The translations under genes and the position numbers were made by a program. The notes beneath the pieces were generated by a model. It had not been told where the DNA came from, did not search any database, and worked only from the letters and a program-made list of their open reading frames with translations. From assembly GCF_018977255.1 (NCBI RefSeq), contig NW_024704743.1, positions 63,676,001 to 63,740,000 on the forward strand: DNA of 64,000 nt, written 5' to 3'. Origin of the DNA: Callorhinchus milii. Its lineage: Eukaryota. This document shows positions 41,201-55,145 of this stretch, one piece after another. Each line of letters starts with the position of its first letter. The first letter of the stretch is position 1.

Positions 41201-42329
41201 TTCACTCTCCTCCAATCTGGGAATCCTCCATTGATCATAGTACCAGCTGTTGACTGCAGCATCTCTTTATCGTGCCACAAGGCCCATTTGGTCCACTTGT
41301 CAGAAATTAACCACTCTTCATTCATCCCATTGCTACCTTTCCTGATTGTCCCCGCCCATCCATCTCCCCTGCAATACATAAATACATCAATACCCTGTGG
41401 CTTTCTGAAACCTAGCTCCCCCTCTATGATATCTTCCAATTCACTGAGGCCACCCTAACAAAGTAACCATCTTACCATACCATCCTGCCCCCACTCTCAT
41501 ACCGGTGGCAGGAGATATCATTTTCATGTCTTCTTGGTCTGCTCTCTTACCTTCTCTGGATCCGTTTTTGAACACCTCAAACTATTATCTCTCACACTTA
41601 CGTTAAGATTTTCATTATCTACCACCGTACCAAACCTCCTGACCTAATTCTTTTTTAATCACTTCCTACCTAACTTCCCCTCACCTTCTGTTCCAAATGC
41701 CGACTCATCTCAGGCAACCTAAACTTGCACTTCACCCATCGTTCCCATCTCCATCAACTTCTCTGTCCCATCTGTTCAACCTCTTGCACATATCAAGTCC
41801 CCAACCCACATCTAACCTGGTCATTGAGATCTCCATCTCCCAACAAAGCTACCTTGAACCATTTCTTTATCTTCCTCACTTCCCAAAGCCCCTTCCGTGC
41901 TGTTGAGGCCACCACCATTTCCTTGCACATCTGGAAAAAAATACCCACTCATTCCCTGGCAAATGCCCTTGTGGCTTTCAACCCCCTCTCTCTCTGGCGC
42001 TCCACTCAGCATCACCTAACCATTTCTATTGAGGTACTCGGTAATTTGAGTCTTCAGTTAAAATGTCTTAAAGAGTGTCACCGAATGCATATTAGTGTAG
42101 TAATTAGTATGTTGGTATATGTGGCAGTTAGCCTGTGACCATTATCCCAGAAGCCGAGATAAGGACCATTGGCCAGGTCGCTGGAACAGCTCCTTACTCT
42201 TCAAAACAATTGCTTGGTATATTTAACATTCACCTCCAGGGCACACAAGTGGGAACTGCTCATACATTCTCAACTGCAGTATGTACACATGGTTGCAAGA
42301 ATATATGTATAAAAAACATGGTTCATTGA

Positions 42330-45300
42330 AGTAGTAAACAAAGCAATGCTTTATTTTGCCAATCAAGTGCAATCACATTTTTTGTATCATAAGAAATCAA
42401 ACAAACAAAAATTCAGTGAAATAAAACCATACTAATGCAGGTTTGACAATTCCAGAATCTTTGTTATTAACATTAACTTTTAAGTAAGGCTACAAAAATA
42501 AAACAAATTTTATTTTTATTACATTCATTGAGGAAAGTTACTAAATGCCTTAATAATTTAAACATTGAAAATATCATCAATTTACCATTTAATGAGTATT
42601 GAGTCAAACCTTTACTTTTTGGAAAAAAAGCTTAACCCTGTTGATAATTACTTTGAAGATCCAGTATTTATTATGGCAGAAAACTCCTTTGCAGGAAAGA
42701 AAGTACTGTTGCGGCACAAAATCTGTACATCATCACTAAGACAAACCAAAAGGAATTAATACCATCTAGCAAATATTGAGTAGTAGATAATGTTTCTGTA
42801 TACAATATCATAGAACTGAAACAGAATAATTCAGTATTTGTGCAGTAAGATGAACAAATATAGATCACAAATGTGATGATATAACCCAGTATTTTATGAG
42901 AATGTATGGTAAGCACTATTTCTATGCACACGAAAGGCACGAGCACTGTCTTGATCATTCTTACAAAAAAGCATTACAATTCTCAAATACAATTAAAAAA
43001 AAGACCTTCACAAATCAAAACAATTAATTTTTCAGTAGTTTTCTTTAATAACTGGAAATAAACATTATGTTCTCATAATGTGAATCTTAATCCCAGTGAA
43101 GATAATTGATGTCCAGAGTGAAGATCTAAATTGCTGGATTTTCAAAAGTATTTGTAAATAGCAATATCCTAGATATTCATGCCTGAACTCTTTGGAACTT
43201 GACTTGGATGGAGATTTCATGGAATCAGAATGGAGATCAGAGTTCCAGAAAGTCGGCCACAGCACATCCCATTTGCTATTTACAAATCCTTTTTAGACCT
43301 CAATAAAAAGGTTCCAAATCAGATTTCAGCACTGATAGTCTTTTACATACAAATCATATATATATATATAATAAATATACAAATGAAGAACAGATAAAAG
43401 GAGCTAAGTTGTCACTCATAAGACTTCAAATATTTTGGTATTGCTTTAATGAACACTCTAGGGGAAGCTCACAAAACAGATTTATTTATGAGCCTTACTT
43501 CGGTATCTGACAGTTGCTCGGATAAAAATAAGTTTAAAGTGACTTCTAAAATTGTTGCTTTAAATTCATAAATAGTTGTATGATTTTTCAAAACCTTCCC
43601 CGGAATACATCTTTAAAGTCCATCATAATACAAAGAATTTGTTCAACATTGTTCACTGGCTAAATTAAAATTAGGTATATCAGGGAAAACAGAACCTCAT
43701 AACAAGCACAGGAATTATTGTGTAATAGTCCAAACTACCAATGTGGAAACTTTAGAAGGCGTAATCTGAAAAAATAAAGTCTATTAAAAAAAACAATATA
43801 AATACTTTAATGACAACCACTAATATAAACGCTGAGATATTTCTTTTCTATAATGTTCTACATTTGATGGTCATTTTGAATGATATGCTGCAGTACCGGA
43901 AACATAAAGGACAATGTTTATACAAAGAAAAGGCATTCAAGACTGCTTGACAAGTGGTTATTATAATAATCCTTGCAAGTGGTTATTAATTTAACAGTAC
44001 ACAATACATTGATATAGGTCTTTGAAACAAACAATGAGATAAGTATTCAAATGTCTAAGAGGTTTGGTCCCCAATTTGGAAAGTGAGCTCATTGCAGAAT
44101 GGTTGCTTAGGTCAATTCAGACATTGCCTTTAGGAGTTGTGGTCATTTAAAAACTGATTAGAATCATAAATATATGCCATAGTTAAAATGACCAAATTAG
44201 CAAGCCAATTGGTGATTGCTATCAGATATCACTTTGCAAGAAGTGCACTATGAAAGTTAAAGAACACTACACTAATCGAACATAGAATTCTCACTGTAAA
44301 AACGATACTTTATTGCATAATTGAATAAGTCCAGTCATTTACGTGAAACAGTTTCACTTCCAGTAAGTTAAATTTTAGAGATGGAATAAAATTTGATCTT
44401 GGGAAAAGATAATAGTGCTTTGTTTCTTACACAATATGTCAAAGGTAGCTATGAACTTTTCATGCAAAATACATTTGAATCTCTAAGATTGAACTTAAAT
44501 TTTTTTAATAGGTTTTATTTTCAAAAATGATATTATTGAATATAAAAATAGTATGGCAAAAATAGGAACTTTTTAAAATTTTCATTGGCAGAATACGAAT
44601 TCCATATTTAAGTTAACATATAAACCCTCCACAAAATTCAAAAGTTTAAACATGGTAATTCCAGTATTTTCCTTTCTTTTTGCTACAGGGTGATGTGAAA
44701 AATTTACACAAGCCTTACAAGAAGTATTTCTTTTATAGTACACAAAGTCAAAAGAAACACTTTGCATATTGGCCCACAAGCAAAAGATTCAAACCTGTAA
44801 CCTTGCATAGTGATTCCCAACAAGTTATACAAGAGAAAATACATTTATTATTTCATTTGTCTCTATTAGTTTCCTGATAAGGAGTGGAACTAGCATTTTA
44901 TTAGTCTCACGAAACAAATGGAAATAACGGTGTGGATTGGCATATATTTTCAGTTCTGTCCAAACACAGTGCCAAGTAATAATATCTTCTTTCCAAACAG
45001 GAAGCAAGCAGCGTATGAAACTCAAATACAACTTTAGGCAAAAATGTGACATGTGAAGGCAGAAATAGTAATTTGACAGTTTTTAAAGAAACCTTTGATC
45101 ACAGGAACCCATGGGATCAAACAGGAACATGTTTAAATGACTATTTGTGTTTCGTGAATCCAGCTACCAATGATTTACATCTAACTGATTTTCTGACTAA
45201 TGTAAGTCGACCCAACAGTGGTAGCCGCACGAAGCAATAACAGGCTATGTGATAGACTCCAAGAGAGAAGTAATTGCAAACAAGGATGCCATTAATTATC

Positions 45301-48300
45301 TCATTCCAAAGAGTTAAAGCTGATACTAATGTAATGATTTTTCTTACCAACTATCTAAAGTGCTTCAAGACAACCTCCCAACATGAAAGGTGTTATATAA
45401 ATATAAATGGTATTGTACTTAAGCTTTTAAGATTGAGACTTTATTGAATTCTAACAGCCCAGCCATTGTAGAGGGAAGAAAATCTTTTCAAAGACAAGTT
45501 GTCCAAAGGAAGCTCTGAAGGAAATTGTGTTAGTATTGTTTAAATGTTTTTTTAGCACTTGGTCTCAGTAGATTTAATAATGACGCATTCCTTACTCAGT
45601 GTCAAAAACATAAAGCTTTTGAAAATTATTTTAAGCTACTAAAGCAGTCTAACAAACCAAAAGGCTAGGGGAAATCAAGATGGAATGTTTTTGCTCAGCC
45701 AGGTGTTTTGACACATACGGAAACTCATCACCATGCTTAAGAATATCCAAACCAAGAGCTGGAAAGCTAGACTGATTCCTTTTGTAACATGAAACTCAGA
45801 AAGGGACATGATTTCTCTTACTTTATATGACACACCTATTTACTACAGTACTTGTATATGTGGAATTTTAACCACATAAAGAATGGACATTATCTCTAGT
45901 TGCTACTTGTGCAAGTACCAATACATATTTTCTCAGAGTAAAATGATGCAAGTTTGATTCTCCAAATCTGCTCACTTCCAGATCTGAGCTAGGCAGAACC
46001 CGAAGAAATGAAGGGTGGGTGTCATGGAATTTTTCCACTCAAAATCAGGCTTACTACAGAATCTTTAGAGATATGGCACTGAACAGTCTTGGAATAAACA
46101 GGGCAGTTTTGCTGCTCATAATTTTGAATCAGAATGCAAGTAATGAATTGTAAGTTTGTGAACATTAAGTTGGAAAATGTAGTACAACTCATCTTCAGTT
46201 GTATGTCATAGTACTTAACCAGAAAGTATTTATTGCTCACGTCCATGTAACCACTTCTGATTACATTGGTGCTAAATCACAAAGAAATCTGTTATGGAGA
46301 TTGCACAAAAGAGATCAAATTACTAATTGTACCAAAATTCTAAATTAGGCCTCTAAAGCTTTTGGTTATCAGTTGATACAAATGTTGACATTTTTAAATT
46401 CTACCTTGTACTGTAAGGACAAAAACAGCAAAATTACATTATTTAACAATACTGTTTTATTCTTCCATTTTGGATATTATTTAGAAAACTTACAGTTTAA
46501 CTATGTGTTTGAAAAACCTCAAAGATGCAATTTGAACATAGCTGAAATACTTAAATTAAACTGGTTTATTTTTACCAACAGTTTGTATGAGGATTCATGG
46601 AACGCAATTGTACCTGGCTACACGTTATAGAAAACTTTTATAAACCACAGTTCAGTAAGACAGTACAAGGCCAGAAACTTGGCTGCAACTACACTACCAT
46701 ATTATTAGCCAGTGGGAGGTGTGATTAAAATCTGACCAAGTTCACCTATTCCCTGAAATGGTAAGGTAGGGACTCACCTAGAAATAATGTTCAATTCAAC
46801 TGTTTGGTTGAGAACTGAAACTCATCAACAATAACTAGCAGTCCATGTCACAATTTACCATCTGTTTACAAATGTAACCAGTTTTTTTCCCAATTCCCAA
46901 AACAGCAATAAGTTCAAAACTGGAATGTTCTAATCTTTGTATGTCTACTTATCACTTACAAATACAGCCACTACACTTTACAATAAATCATGTAAAGCAC
47001 TTTGGGATAGATGATGTCATGATAAGGTGCTATATCGATTGGAATGATTATTATGATCTATTATTAATTTGAATCCAAGTTGAAAATCAGTAAAACTATA
47101 TTGCAAGAAACTTTACTATAGATGGAATTCATTGGCAAACATTGGTTTTGTATAAATTAATTGCAGCTGCATTTTTAAAGTATTCAAAAATGTACTCTAT
47201 AAAATACCTTTTACTTAGCTTGAGTTGATTGAATACATTATACTGTCATTTTTATTGAATCCAAAGCTTCATTTGGCCTCTCATTGCTTGGGTGCTGAAT
47301 TTTTTGCCTTGAATTTGTAGGATGGGACATTGAAGTATTTTCTTCACCGAAATATAGAGTAAACAGCATTCCGTTTACTAGCCTAGCAAAGAATTGTCTC
47401 ACGAGAAGAGCAATCTGAATGCTAGGTCAAAGCTTGTACCACTATACATATGAGGCTGTGTTTCACAAAGCAATATTTTGTATGAAATCTTAAAGGGACC
47501 AGCTTGCAGTTCAGTATTACTGCCATACTAAATTACATTTACTTAAAATATGTGGAAAATTCTTCAACTTTCTTGTTTTAGAAGATATGGAATACATAAA
47601 TAAGGTTCCTTTCTAGGTAGCAGTTTGTGCACCATTATAGAATATGTTCTCTGTCAATGTCCAGAGGTGTAGAGTGCTGCCTTTTACAACACAATAGAAG
47701 TGGAAACCATTGCCCTCTATTTCAAAGCTCTTGTGATTACACTTGTAATATTGGCATGAAAATCTGTGGTGTCAATCATCGCATCATTGACCAATGATAA
47801 TTTGTGGTCAACATGAATGCCCAGTTACTAAAGATTGACTAAGGGGGTAAGGGGGTGACTTCTTTCTCCCTTCCCAATTCAGCTATAGTGGTTAGTCTTA
47901 AATACTGATACAGATTAGTCCAACCACTGTGAGTTGGGTAGGTGTCAGCCCCACATTCAATCTTCATCCAGTGGGCTTGTTGCTTGGATTTATGAACAAC
48001 AATAATTATATCCTAAATTAATTAACATGATAGTTCACAATTATCACCACACTGTTTTTAATCTATGACTGAGATGAAATCAAAATAATAAATAGTGCTA
48101 ACTAAAGTAACTTTTTAAAATCATTAACAAAAGCATAATTCCATGACTTAACAAAATGAAAAAGAGGTAGCAGCATTAACCAGAATAGTTAACCATAATT
48201 TACACTGTAGTGTTGGCCTTTAAATAAAACCCATTGCTGTACATTGTTTGTGTGTGTGATGGTTTTAAACTCAACCTATCGTCAGTCTTTGCATTGAAAA

Positions 48301-48599
48301 CAAAAATTTGATCCTTAGTTGTTTGTTAAAATATAGAATGACAGGGCAGACCAACAACCAGCCACATTTACAAATAATTCGGGGAAACAGACAACAAGAT
48401 ACTAAAGGTTACTATATCTATTTAACAAAGATATACATTTACATTTGTTACTTAAACATCAGTTTAAAGTGCCAGACTTTAGGTGTGCTCAATAAACTCT
48501 CAGGTTCTCCCACGAACTAGAGCCAGTCATGGACAGAGATGTGCATACGGTTTTCTGATTTGTTTCAATTCATGTAAACTATTCTGAATCCTCTCAGTA
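42330..48599 (-). other. PTPN3: Probable long 3'UTR of PTPN3 (extent uncertain)
   Basis: AT-rich and nearly TE-free stretch downstream of the stop. Minus-strand AATAAA signals (TTTATT on +) occur at 42350-42355, 42509-42514 and 42515-42520, just before TE-dense sequence resumes. Confidence 0.5.
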
Positions 48600-48689
48600 C
48601 TAACCGGCAGCCCAACATACTTCTGAAGGTTGAATTACACCTTCCTCATATACACGTAAGATGGCTTCACATACAAATTTGTACTGACT
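48600..48689 (-). CDS. PTPN3: PTPN3 terminal coding exon (SQYKFVCEAILRVYEEGVIQPSEVCWAAG*)
   Basis: QYKFVCEAILRVYEEG matches the recalled PTPN3 C-terminus; TAG acceptor; TAG stop at 48602-48600. Confidence 0.92.
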   Translation of the reverse strand, partial: SQYKFVCEAILRVYEEGVIQPSEVCWAAG

Positions 48690-50798
48690 CTAGAAGAAAT
48701 GAAACATTGTTTCAAATTAATTTTCAGCAAACAATTTAAGATGTTTTAATGACATGATGTATCAAATGCATGGATTATTATTATTAAAATCTTGAACATC
48801 TGTTCTTACTGTCCAAATCTTGGTTTTAAAATACAGCACTTGAACATATTACACAATTAAAATGATCTTAGGTTAAGAGAAGAAAAAAAGAATGTTTTTA
48901 ATATCTGTTTTTAAATATAACAGAGAAAACAAACCCATTACTGTATTTATGGTCTTAATTCCTGAAAGATTATTCTTTAACAAGGTGACTAAGTACAGGA
49001 ACAATGCCTTCTAAGACATTTTAAATTCTGACATCAATAAATCCCCAAAGGAAGTAGAAATGTTTGTGACAGTGGTTCAAAACATGGTAGGTAGCGTGAG
49101 TACAGAAAGAGACAATTGAAGCCAGCAGTGGCTTAAATAGTAGTATATGGAATGAAAACTGTACACATAATCATAGATTACAGTTTGTGAACTGGACAAA
49201 AGTAGTTTACAATGGAGAGATGTCAAAGCAAGAGAAATTAAAAACTATTTTTTAAGATCCTATATAGAAACCTTGCAAAATAAACTGGTAAAAAAAAATT
49301 GAGTGAGCTACTAAAATAAGGGAAATTGTTCCAGTCACAAATGGAATTAATAACCAGTGATGACTGAGAGAATCAGTTTGTAATAGTTAGTATACAATGT
49401 TTAGACAATTCCGCTGTATGGTAATCAGTTTACATTTTTAAAAAAAAATTATATTGTTTATCCACCAGATGGAGATTTTAGATCTTTACTAAAATCTAAA
49501 AGTCTGAATATTTTAGTGAGATGTTGAATGAAGTTTTTGTTGAGAATAGCTATGTGAGCAAGAATGGATCATAACAGATGCAGTAGTTTGCTATATGGTA
49601 GAAGATGGGCGATGGAAGGAGTTGGCTTAGTGTGTGGTGATCCTAATATTCACCCTAGAGTGAAATATGTGGTGACCCTAATATAACAAAGCCTTTCTAT
49701 TCCTTGCTTTGCAGAATAATAACTGCAGAATAACAGAAAATAATCTGACTTGCAGCTGTCAAACCTTTTTAGATAGCGGAATGTGAGTAAAGTGCAGTTC
49801 CCACAAGATAGCGTTTTCATTTATTGCTGGCAGTACATTAAGATATCCTCCATGCTCTGTAGGTGTTGGTGTGACAATTCAAATCTTTTCAGGGCACCTT
49901 TTGTATTCTGGTAAATAGCAATAATTAAGACGGACTTTACACTTTGTGGGATATTAAGTAAAATGCTTTGACACTCTTCCAATTCCCAAATTGTTGCCAA
50001 TAACTTATACAGATCTAAATCCTGAGTATTGAGGATAAACTTCAAATATGTAAATATTACAAAGCAAGGAATAGAAAGGCATATTAATAATGTTTCTTAC
50101 AGGACTCTTTTCAAAGAATCAATGACATCTTCAGCAGCAGCCTAAATGTGTTCAGATGATAGAGTGAAACGTGATGACCCTATTTAGTTATATGATTTAT
50201 AAGTTATATCAGGATTTATGAATTCTAAACATTTCAGTTTTAATTTCATATTAGAGGAAGTAATTTATTATGGTACAACATTTTAGTATGCTAATGCATG
50301 TGGGCTATATAGTGTTATAATGCAACTGCAGAGCATGAAAAAAAAAAGAGATTCAATCTCAATTCAATCTTGAAGCAAATAGCATCAATGTATTTCAGAG
50401 AAATCATGAGGGCCACGGAATACAGAGGTATAGGTGAGGAAAATAGGAATCTTGTATGGCGGGGTCTTGTGTGGAATATAAACACTGACATGGACTTGTT
50501 GAGCTGAATGGCCAGTTTTTATGTCAAATAATTTTATGTAATTATATGTAACTCATGTACTGCTTTAGGCAGTACATGGGTTACATATAACATATATCGG
50601 ATCAAGTTGCCCCTCCATTCTCTTGGTCAAGAAATGATACAAGGTATAGAGGGCCATCTTATCAAAAAAAGAGTCAAGTATATGTTTGGGGAAAGAGAAT
50701 AAATTATAGCTTAGAAACATGCAGATCATGTATGTGGCTACTTAAATCTAGAATGAAAACACAGATTTATTGCTCCTTTCACTCTCATCAAAACTTAC

Positions 50799-50934
50799 CG
50801 ATGTCTGGACCATCATGGCTCGTTGATCTCTCATTGTTCTCACAATATCTAAAGGGTAGACAGGTTGGTTGTTTTCAATTAAACACGTGGCTGTCTCCAT
50901 AGCAACCAATACACCAGTTCGACCAATTCCAGCA
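50799..50934 (-). CDS. PTPN3: PTPN3 coding exon completing the catalytic P-loop ([46 protein letters not shown])
   Basis: Completes [10 protein letters not shown] when spliced to the previous exon; CAG acceptor and GTAAGT donor; 136 nt. Confidence 0.95.
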
Positions 50935-51444
50935 CTGTAAAGAAAGAAACAGCTGAATTCAAATGAGGTACAGAATAGAGGTGAAGAATGAATAGAGTAA
51001 AAATCTTTTATGTAGCTCTTGTTACCCTGTGAACATCTTAATATTGCACAATAAAGTTTTGTAAGATTAAAGCAAATTGAAACATATAATCACCAACAGG
51101 TTTACAAATGTATTTTGAAAATGGAACTCATAATCATAAAGTTTACGTTTTTGCAGTAGCTGCAAAATAATTCTGCACATTTTTATTAAAAAATCAGAAA
51201 AATTAACAGAACATAAAGGATGAAAAAGTTATCCTTCACTAAATTAATTATCTTGTTGTGTCTTCAAATTGTATTTGAATAACCAGAATTCTGTTGCCTC
51301 TATTATCCTATGTGTCTGCATATGCAAGTACATTTGGTCTGGTGACCACAGCATTCTTGGTCTGCAGTGCATTGTAAATAATTGTAGGTATCAGCTTGGC
51401 TCACTTGGAAGCACTGTTGCTTTTGGATCAGAAGATTGTCAGTT

Positions 51445-52435
51445 CAACAACAACAAATTGCATTTATTTAGTGTCTGTCACTTTTGAGATGACGTCCCAA
51501 GGTGCTGGACAGTTAAGGATTTGCACCCGAGTTGGGGGTTAGAATCAAGAGGGGTGGAGGCCAAGAGGAATGGGGGTGGGAGGATTACCAAGGTACAGTC
51601 AAAGAGGAAGGTCTTGAGATGGGGCATGAAGGAGGCAAGGGAGGGGGCAAGGCTAAGGGATTGCAGGCTGGCATTCCAGAGGGTGGGGGTAGAAAGGCTG
51701 AAGACCCAACTGGACTGCCGATGGTGGAGTAGGCAGGGGACCCAGAGCAGGCTAGTTCCCACTAAGTAGTGGGAGAGGGATGGTTAGTAAGGTGTTAGTA
51801 AGTCCCAGTGGTAGGGAGAAGAAAGACCATGGAGGGCTTTGAAAGTGAAGCCAGGATAATAATAATCCTTGGATTTGATACAGCGCCTTATCATGTCTTC
51901 GAGACATCTCAAAGCGCTTCACAGAATATGCTGTAAAATGAATTGATTGTATATTTTGTGGGCAAAACCCGACACTGAGTTGCGTACAGCAGTGTCCCAC
52001 AAACAGTTGTGGATTGAGTGATCAATTTATTATTTTTTTGAAGGAATTACTACCCATGGAAAAGCAAACTGCCAATCGACTAATAATTGGGTTCCTACTT
52101 ACTGCTAGGTAAACAGAGGCATGTGGAATAAAGAAACTTGCCCAACGTTTCGCCCTGCCAGAAATCAAACCTAACTCTCTCGCTTGGAAGGTGAGTGCTC
52201 TAGCCACTGAGCTACAGGGCTCCACTGCAGGATAGAATGGGGATAATCGCTCATGGAGCTTGGTATGAAAGAGGAACATGAGCTGCAAAATGCTGAATAA
52301 TCTGCAGCTTGTGGAGGGAACATTTGGCATGTCCGGCGATCAGAGAGTTAGTATCTGATGAAAGCATGGACGAGGTTCTCGGCGGCCTGAGGGGAGTGGT
52401 TGTGGCGGAGGCAGGAAACATTGCGCAGTTGGGAG
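51445..52435 (-). mobile_element. L2 LINE 3' fragment interrupted by a SINE
   Basis: (CAA)n tail, LWNA..HLKTFLF; continues after the SINE with LHKLQIIQ. Confidence 0.8.
51856..52225 (-). mobile_element. tRNA-derived SINE (long subfamily) nested in an L2
   Basis: Same head and tail as the other copies; carries the extra internal segment seen in 1401-1744. Confidence 0.85.
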
Positions 52436-54609
52436 AAGGCAACAACAACAAATTACATTTGTATAGTGCCTTTCATGTTGAGAGGACATCCCAAGGCGCT
52501 GGACAGTCAACGATTTGCACCCGAGCTGGGAGTTGGGATAAGGAGGGGTGGTTCAAATGTTTAAAAGTTTGGAGATTTTAAATTGCATAAGTTTGAAAAT
52601 TAAGTTTTCATAGACACTTTCTTGGTTAAAAACTGAAATAAACAATAAAACTCATGCAACAAAAGTCTTTCCTCAGCATATCAGATATGTACAGATTACT
52701 ACTCATAAATCCTTGGGTGCTGGTGGCTAATATGTAGCAACAAGCTGGTACAGTAGCATTATTAAACCATTAGCATAAAACATATTCACAGCAGCTCATT
52801 AAAATTGGGAAAACTTAGTTTGCAAAGGCAATTTTGTTCATTCAATGTAAGTGATCAAATTATTTATCATGAACTGAAATTTTTTAAAATAATTGAACAT
52901 TGAGGTTCCAACAAACTGGAAAGAACAAACCTAATTCTCATATAAGAGAAAAGTGACAGCCAAATTAGCCATTACAGACCCATTGGCCAGACAATAATAA
53001 TTGGAAAACTAATGGAATCAATCATAGGCAAAAAGGAACAGAACCTGTATGAAAATAACTGAACTGCATCTAATGATGGCTTCTGAAAGGTTAGATGGTG
53101 ATTGAGCAAACACTTTAAGGAAGGGATATTTAAAATTGACAGTGGTAAGTCACATAGTATCTAAATTTCCAATAGGCCTTTGGCAAAGTACTGTCAAAGA
53201 GATTAATTTATAAAGCTAATGTTAGTAGGTATCAAATATAATACATACATATGGTTTAGTAACTGATGAAAGAAAAGCAAGCAGAATGTAGTCATACAAC
53301 AACTTGCATTTATTTAGTGGTCTCAAATCACTACCTAAGTACAGTGGTGTACATCAAATAGAGAAATAAGGAATGTAAAGGCTCAGCCACTGATATTAGA
53401 CCAAATGGAGTAGTGGTCACAGAATAGGCTAAAATTGGATGAGCAGAGGATATGGGTGGGAATACCAAGTTGAAAAAGATTGAGTAGGTATATAAGAGTG
53501 AGGCCATGGAGAGATTGGAACGGGGTAAGGATCTTAAACTGAATCCTCTGTGGTATTGGGAACCAATGGAGGTAATAGGTGTGTAGGAGAAAACTCAGGG
53601 TGCAGAGTTGTAGATCAGCTGAAATGTTTGGAGAATGGAACAAGGGAGGCCAGCAAAGAGAACATTGAGACATTATATCCTTGAGGTAATGAAAGCAGGG
53701 ATTAGGAATGCAGCAGCAGGAATGAATCTTGGCAATGAACTGGGTATGGGAATTGGAAAAAAAAGTTCTTCAAATAAATGACAGGGGATTTTAAGTGAGA
53801 ACCACTTAAAATGGCTTCAGTCTTGTGAATAAAGGCATTTACTTGTGGCTGACGTGGCAGTGAGAAAGTAGTTAGTACTGTTTTAGCAAAACACATTGAA
53901 AGTTTCAATAATAGACATTAGAAGGTTAAAAGGGACATCTATTTGTGATGATCAATTATATAACCCAGCTTGATTGGTTTCCAAGCAAATCTCCTTAGCT
54001 AAATTGGCATAATTTTGAAGGTCAATATCAATAGTTTGTGATATCATTAGCTGATCTAAAACATATTTGACTATCTTTCAATATTCCTATTAACAAGTCA
54101 AGTATTCCTATGGGCAGTGACAAAGATCAATATTCAGTACATAAGTATTTTACTTTAGTCTGTCAGAGTAATTTACCTTGAGCGAATAATTTGACAAAAG
54201 CACTAATTGTTGGAAACTGTTGACAAGATAATTCTTCTGCCCATATTTGGAATAGCTAATTGAATCAGTGAGCTTTTATACACAAGATTGAATGTACCAA
54301 ATGCTCATAAAATCTATGCAATTATGAACCTGCATTAAATTTAACATTTACCTAACACAGCCTTACCTCAGTCACCATTAATATAATAGTAATATTAATA
54401 TGGTACAAAAAGCTTTTGATAGACACACTGGAATATTGAAAAGTTAATAGGAAACTGTTACTAATTGCAGCATAGGTCCTCATTTGATATCAGAAGTTAA
54501 TACTATACCACTGAGGTAACAGAGGGAGAGTCAAGTATGTTGGGAATTACCTCAGCATTTTTTCTCCACTGTGCATAATCTTCTTTTGCACTGAACATAA
54601 AACAATTAC

Positions 54610-54761
54610 CTGCAATGAACAATAACTGGCTCATTCTCCCTTTTGATTCTTTTCTGTCGCACACGAGTCACAAAGTCAAAGAAATCTGTTGAGTCGTCAG
54701 GAACACCATGGTCAGGCCATGTTACGTATTGAAGATGACAAACATCACGCTCCTCTCCTGT
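54610..54761 (-). CDS. PTPN3: PTPN3 coding exon with the WPD loop ([51 protein letters not shown])
   Basis: WPDHGVP and VIVHC motifs; CAG acceptor and GTAATT donor; 152 nt, ending in phase 2. Confidence 0.95.
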
Positions 54762-55145
54762 CTGCAGCAATAAAAAAAAGTAGATTATCTTAAAAATATA
54801 ACCTTTCAGTGCCTTCTAAATTCATAAATATTTTACTTATGGGTGCACTAAACAAAAAAGGCTGTGAGTCGAAAGCCAGAAGTCAAATGGTATGGGCTTG
54901 GCTTTAGGAATTTCACCACTCAGAATGGTGTTGCAAGGGGAGGGGGAAGGGAAAACACAGAAAGTGAGATGAGTCCATCTCCCATGGAGATGTGATAAAT
55001 ATTGAACGTACCACTGAATTGGCTGTGCTTCCATGCTAAATTGGCACTTCTCTGGAACTCCATCCCAGAATCCCTCCAACTCCCTCCCTCAAGGTCTGTC
55101 TCAAGATCCATCTCTTCGACCGTGCTTTTGGTTATCTTTCCTCTC

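Noticed and set aside
48600..48620. C-terminal CaaX prenylation motif in PTPN3
   Set aside because: The Cys is five residues from the end (CWAAG*), not four.
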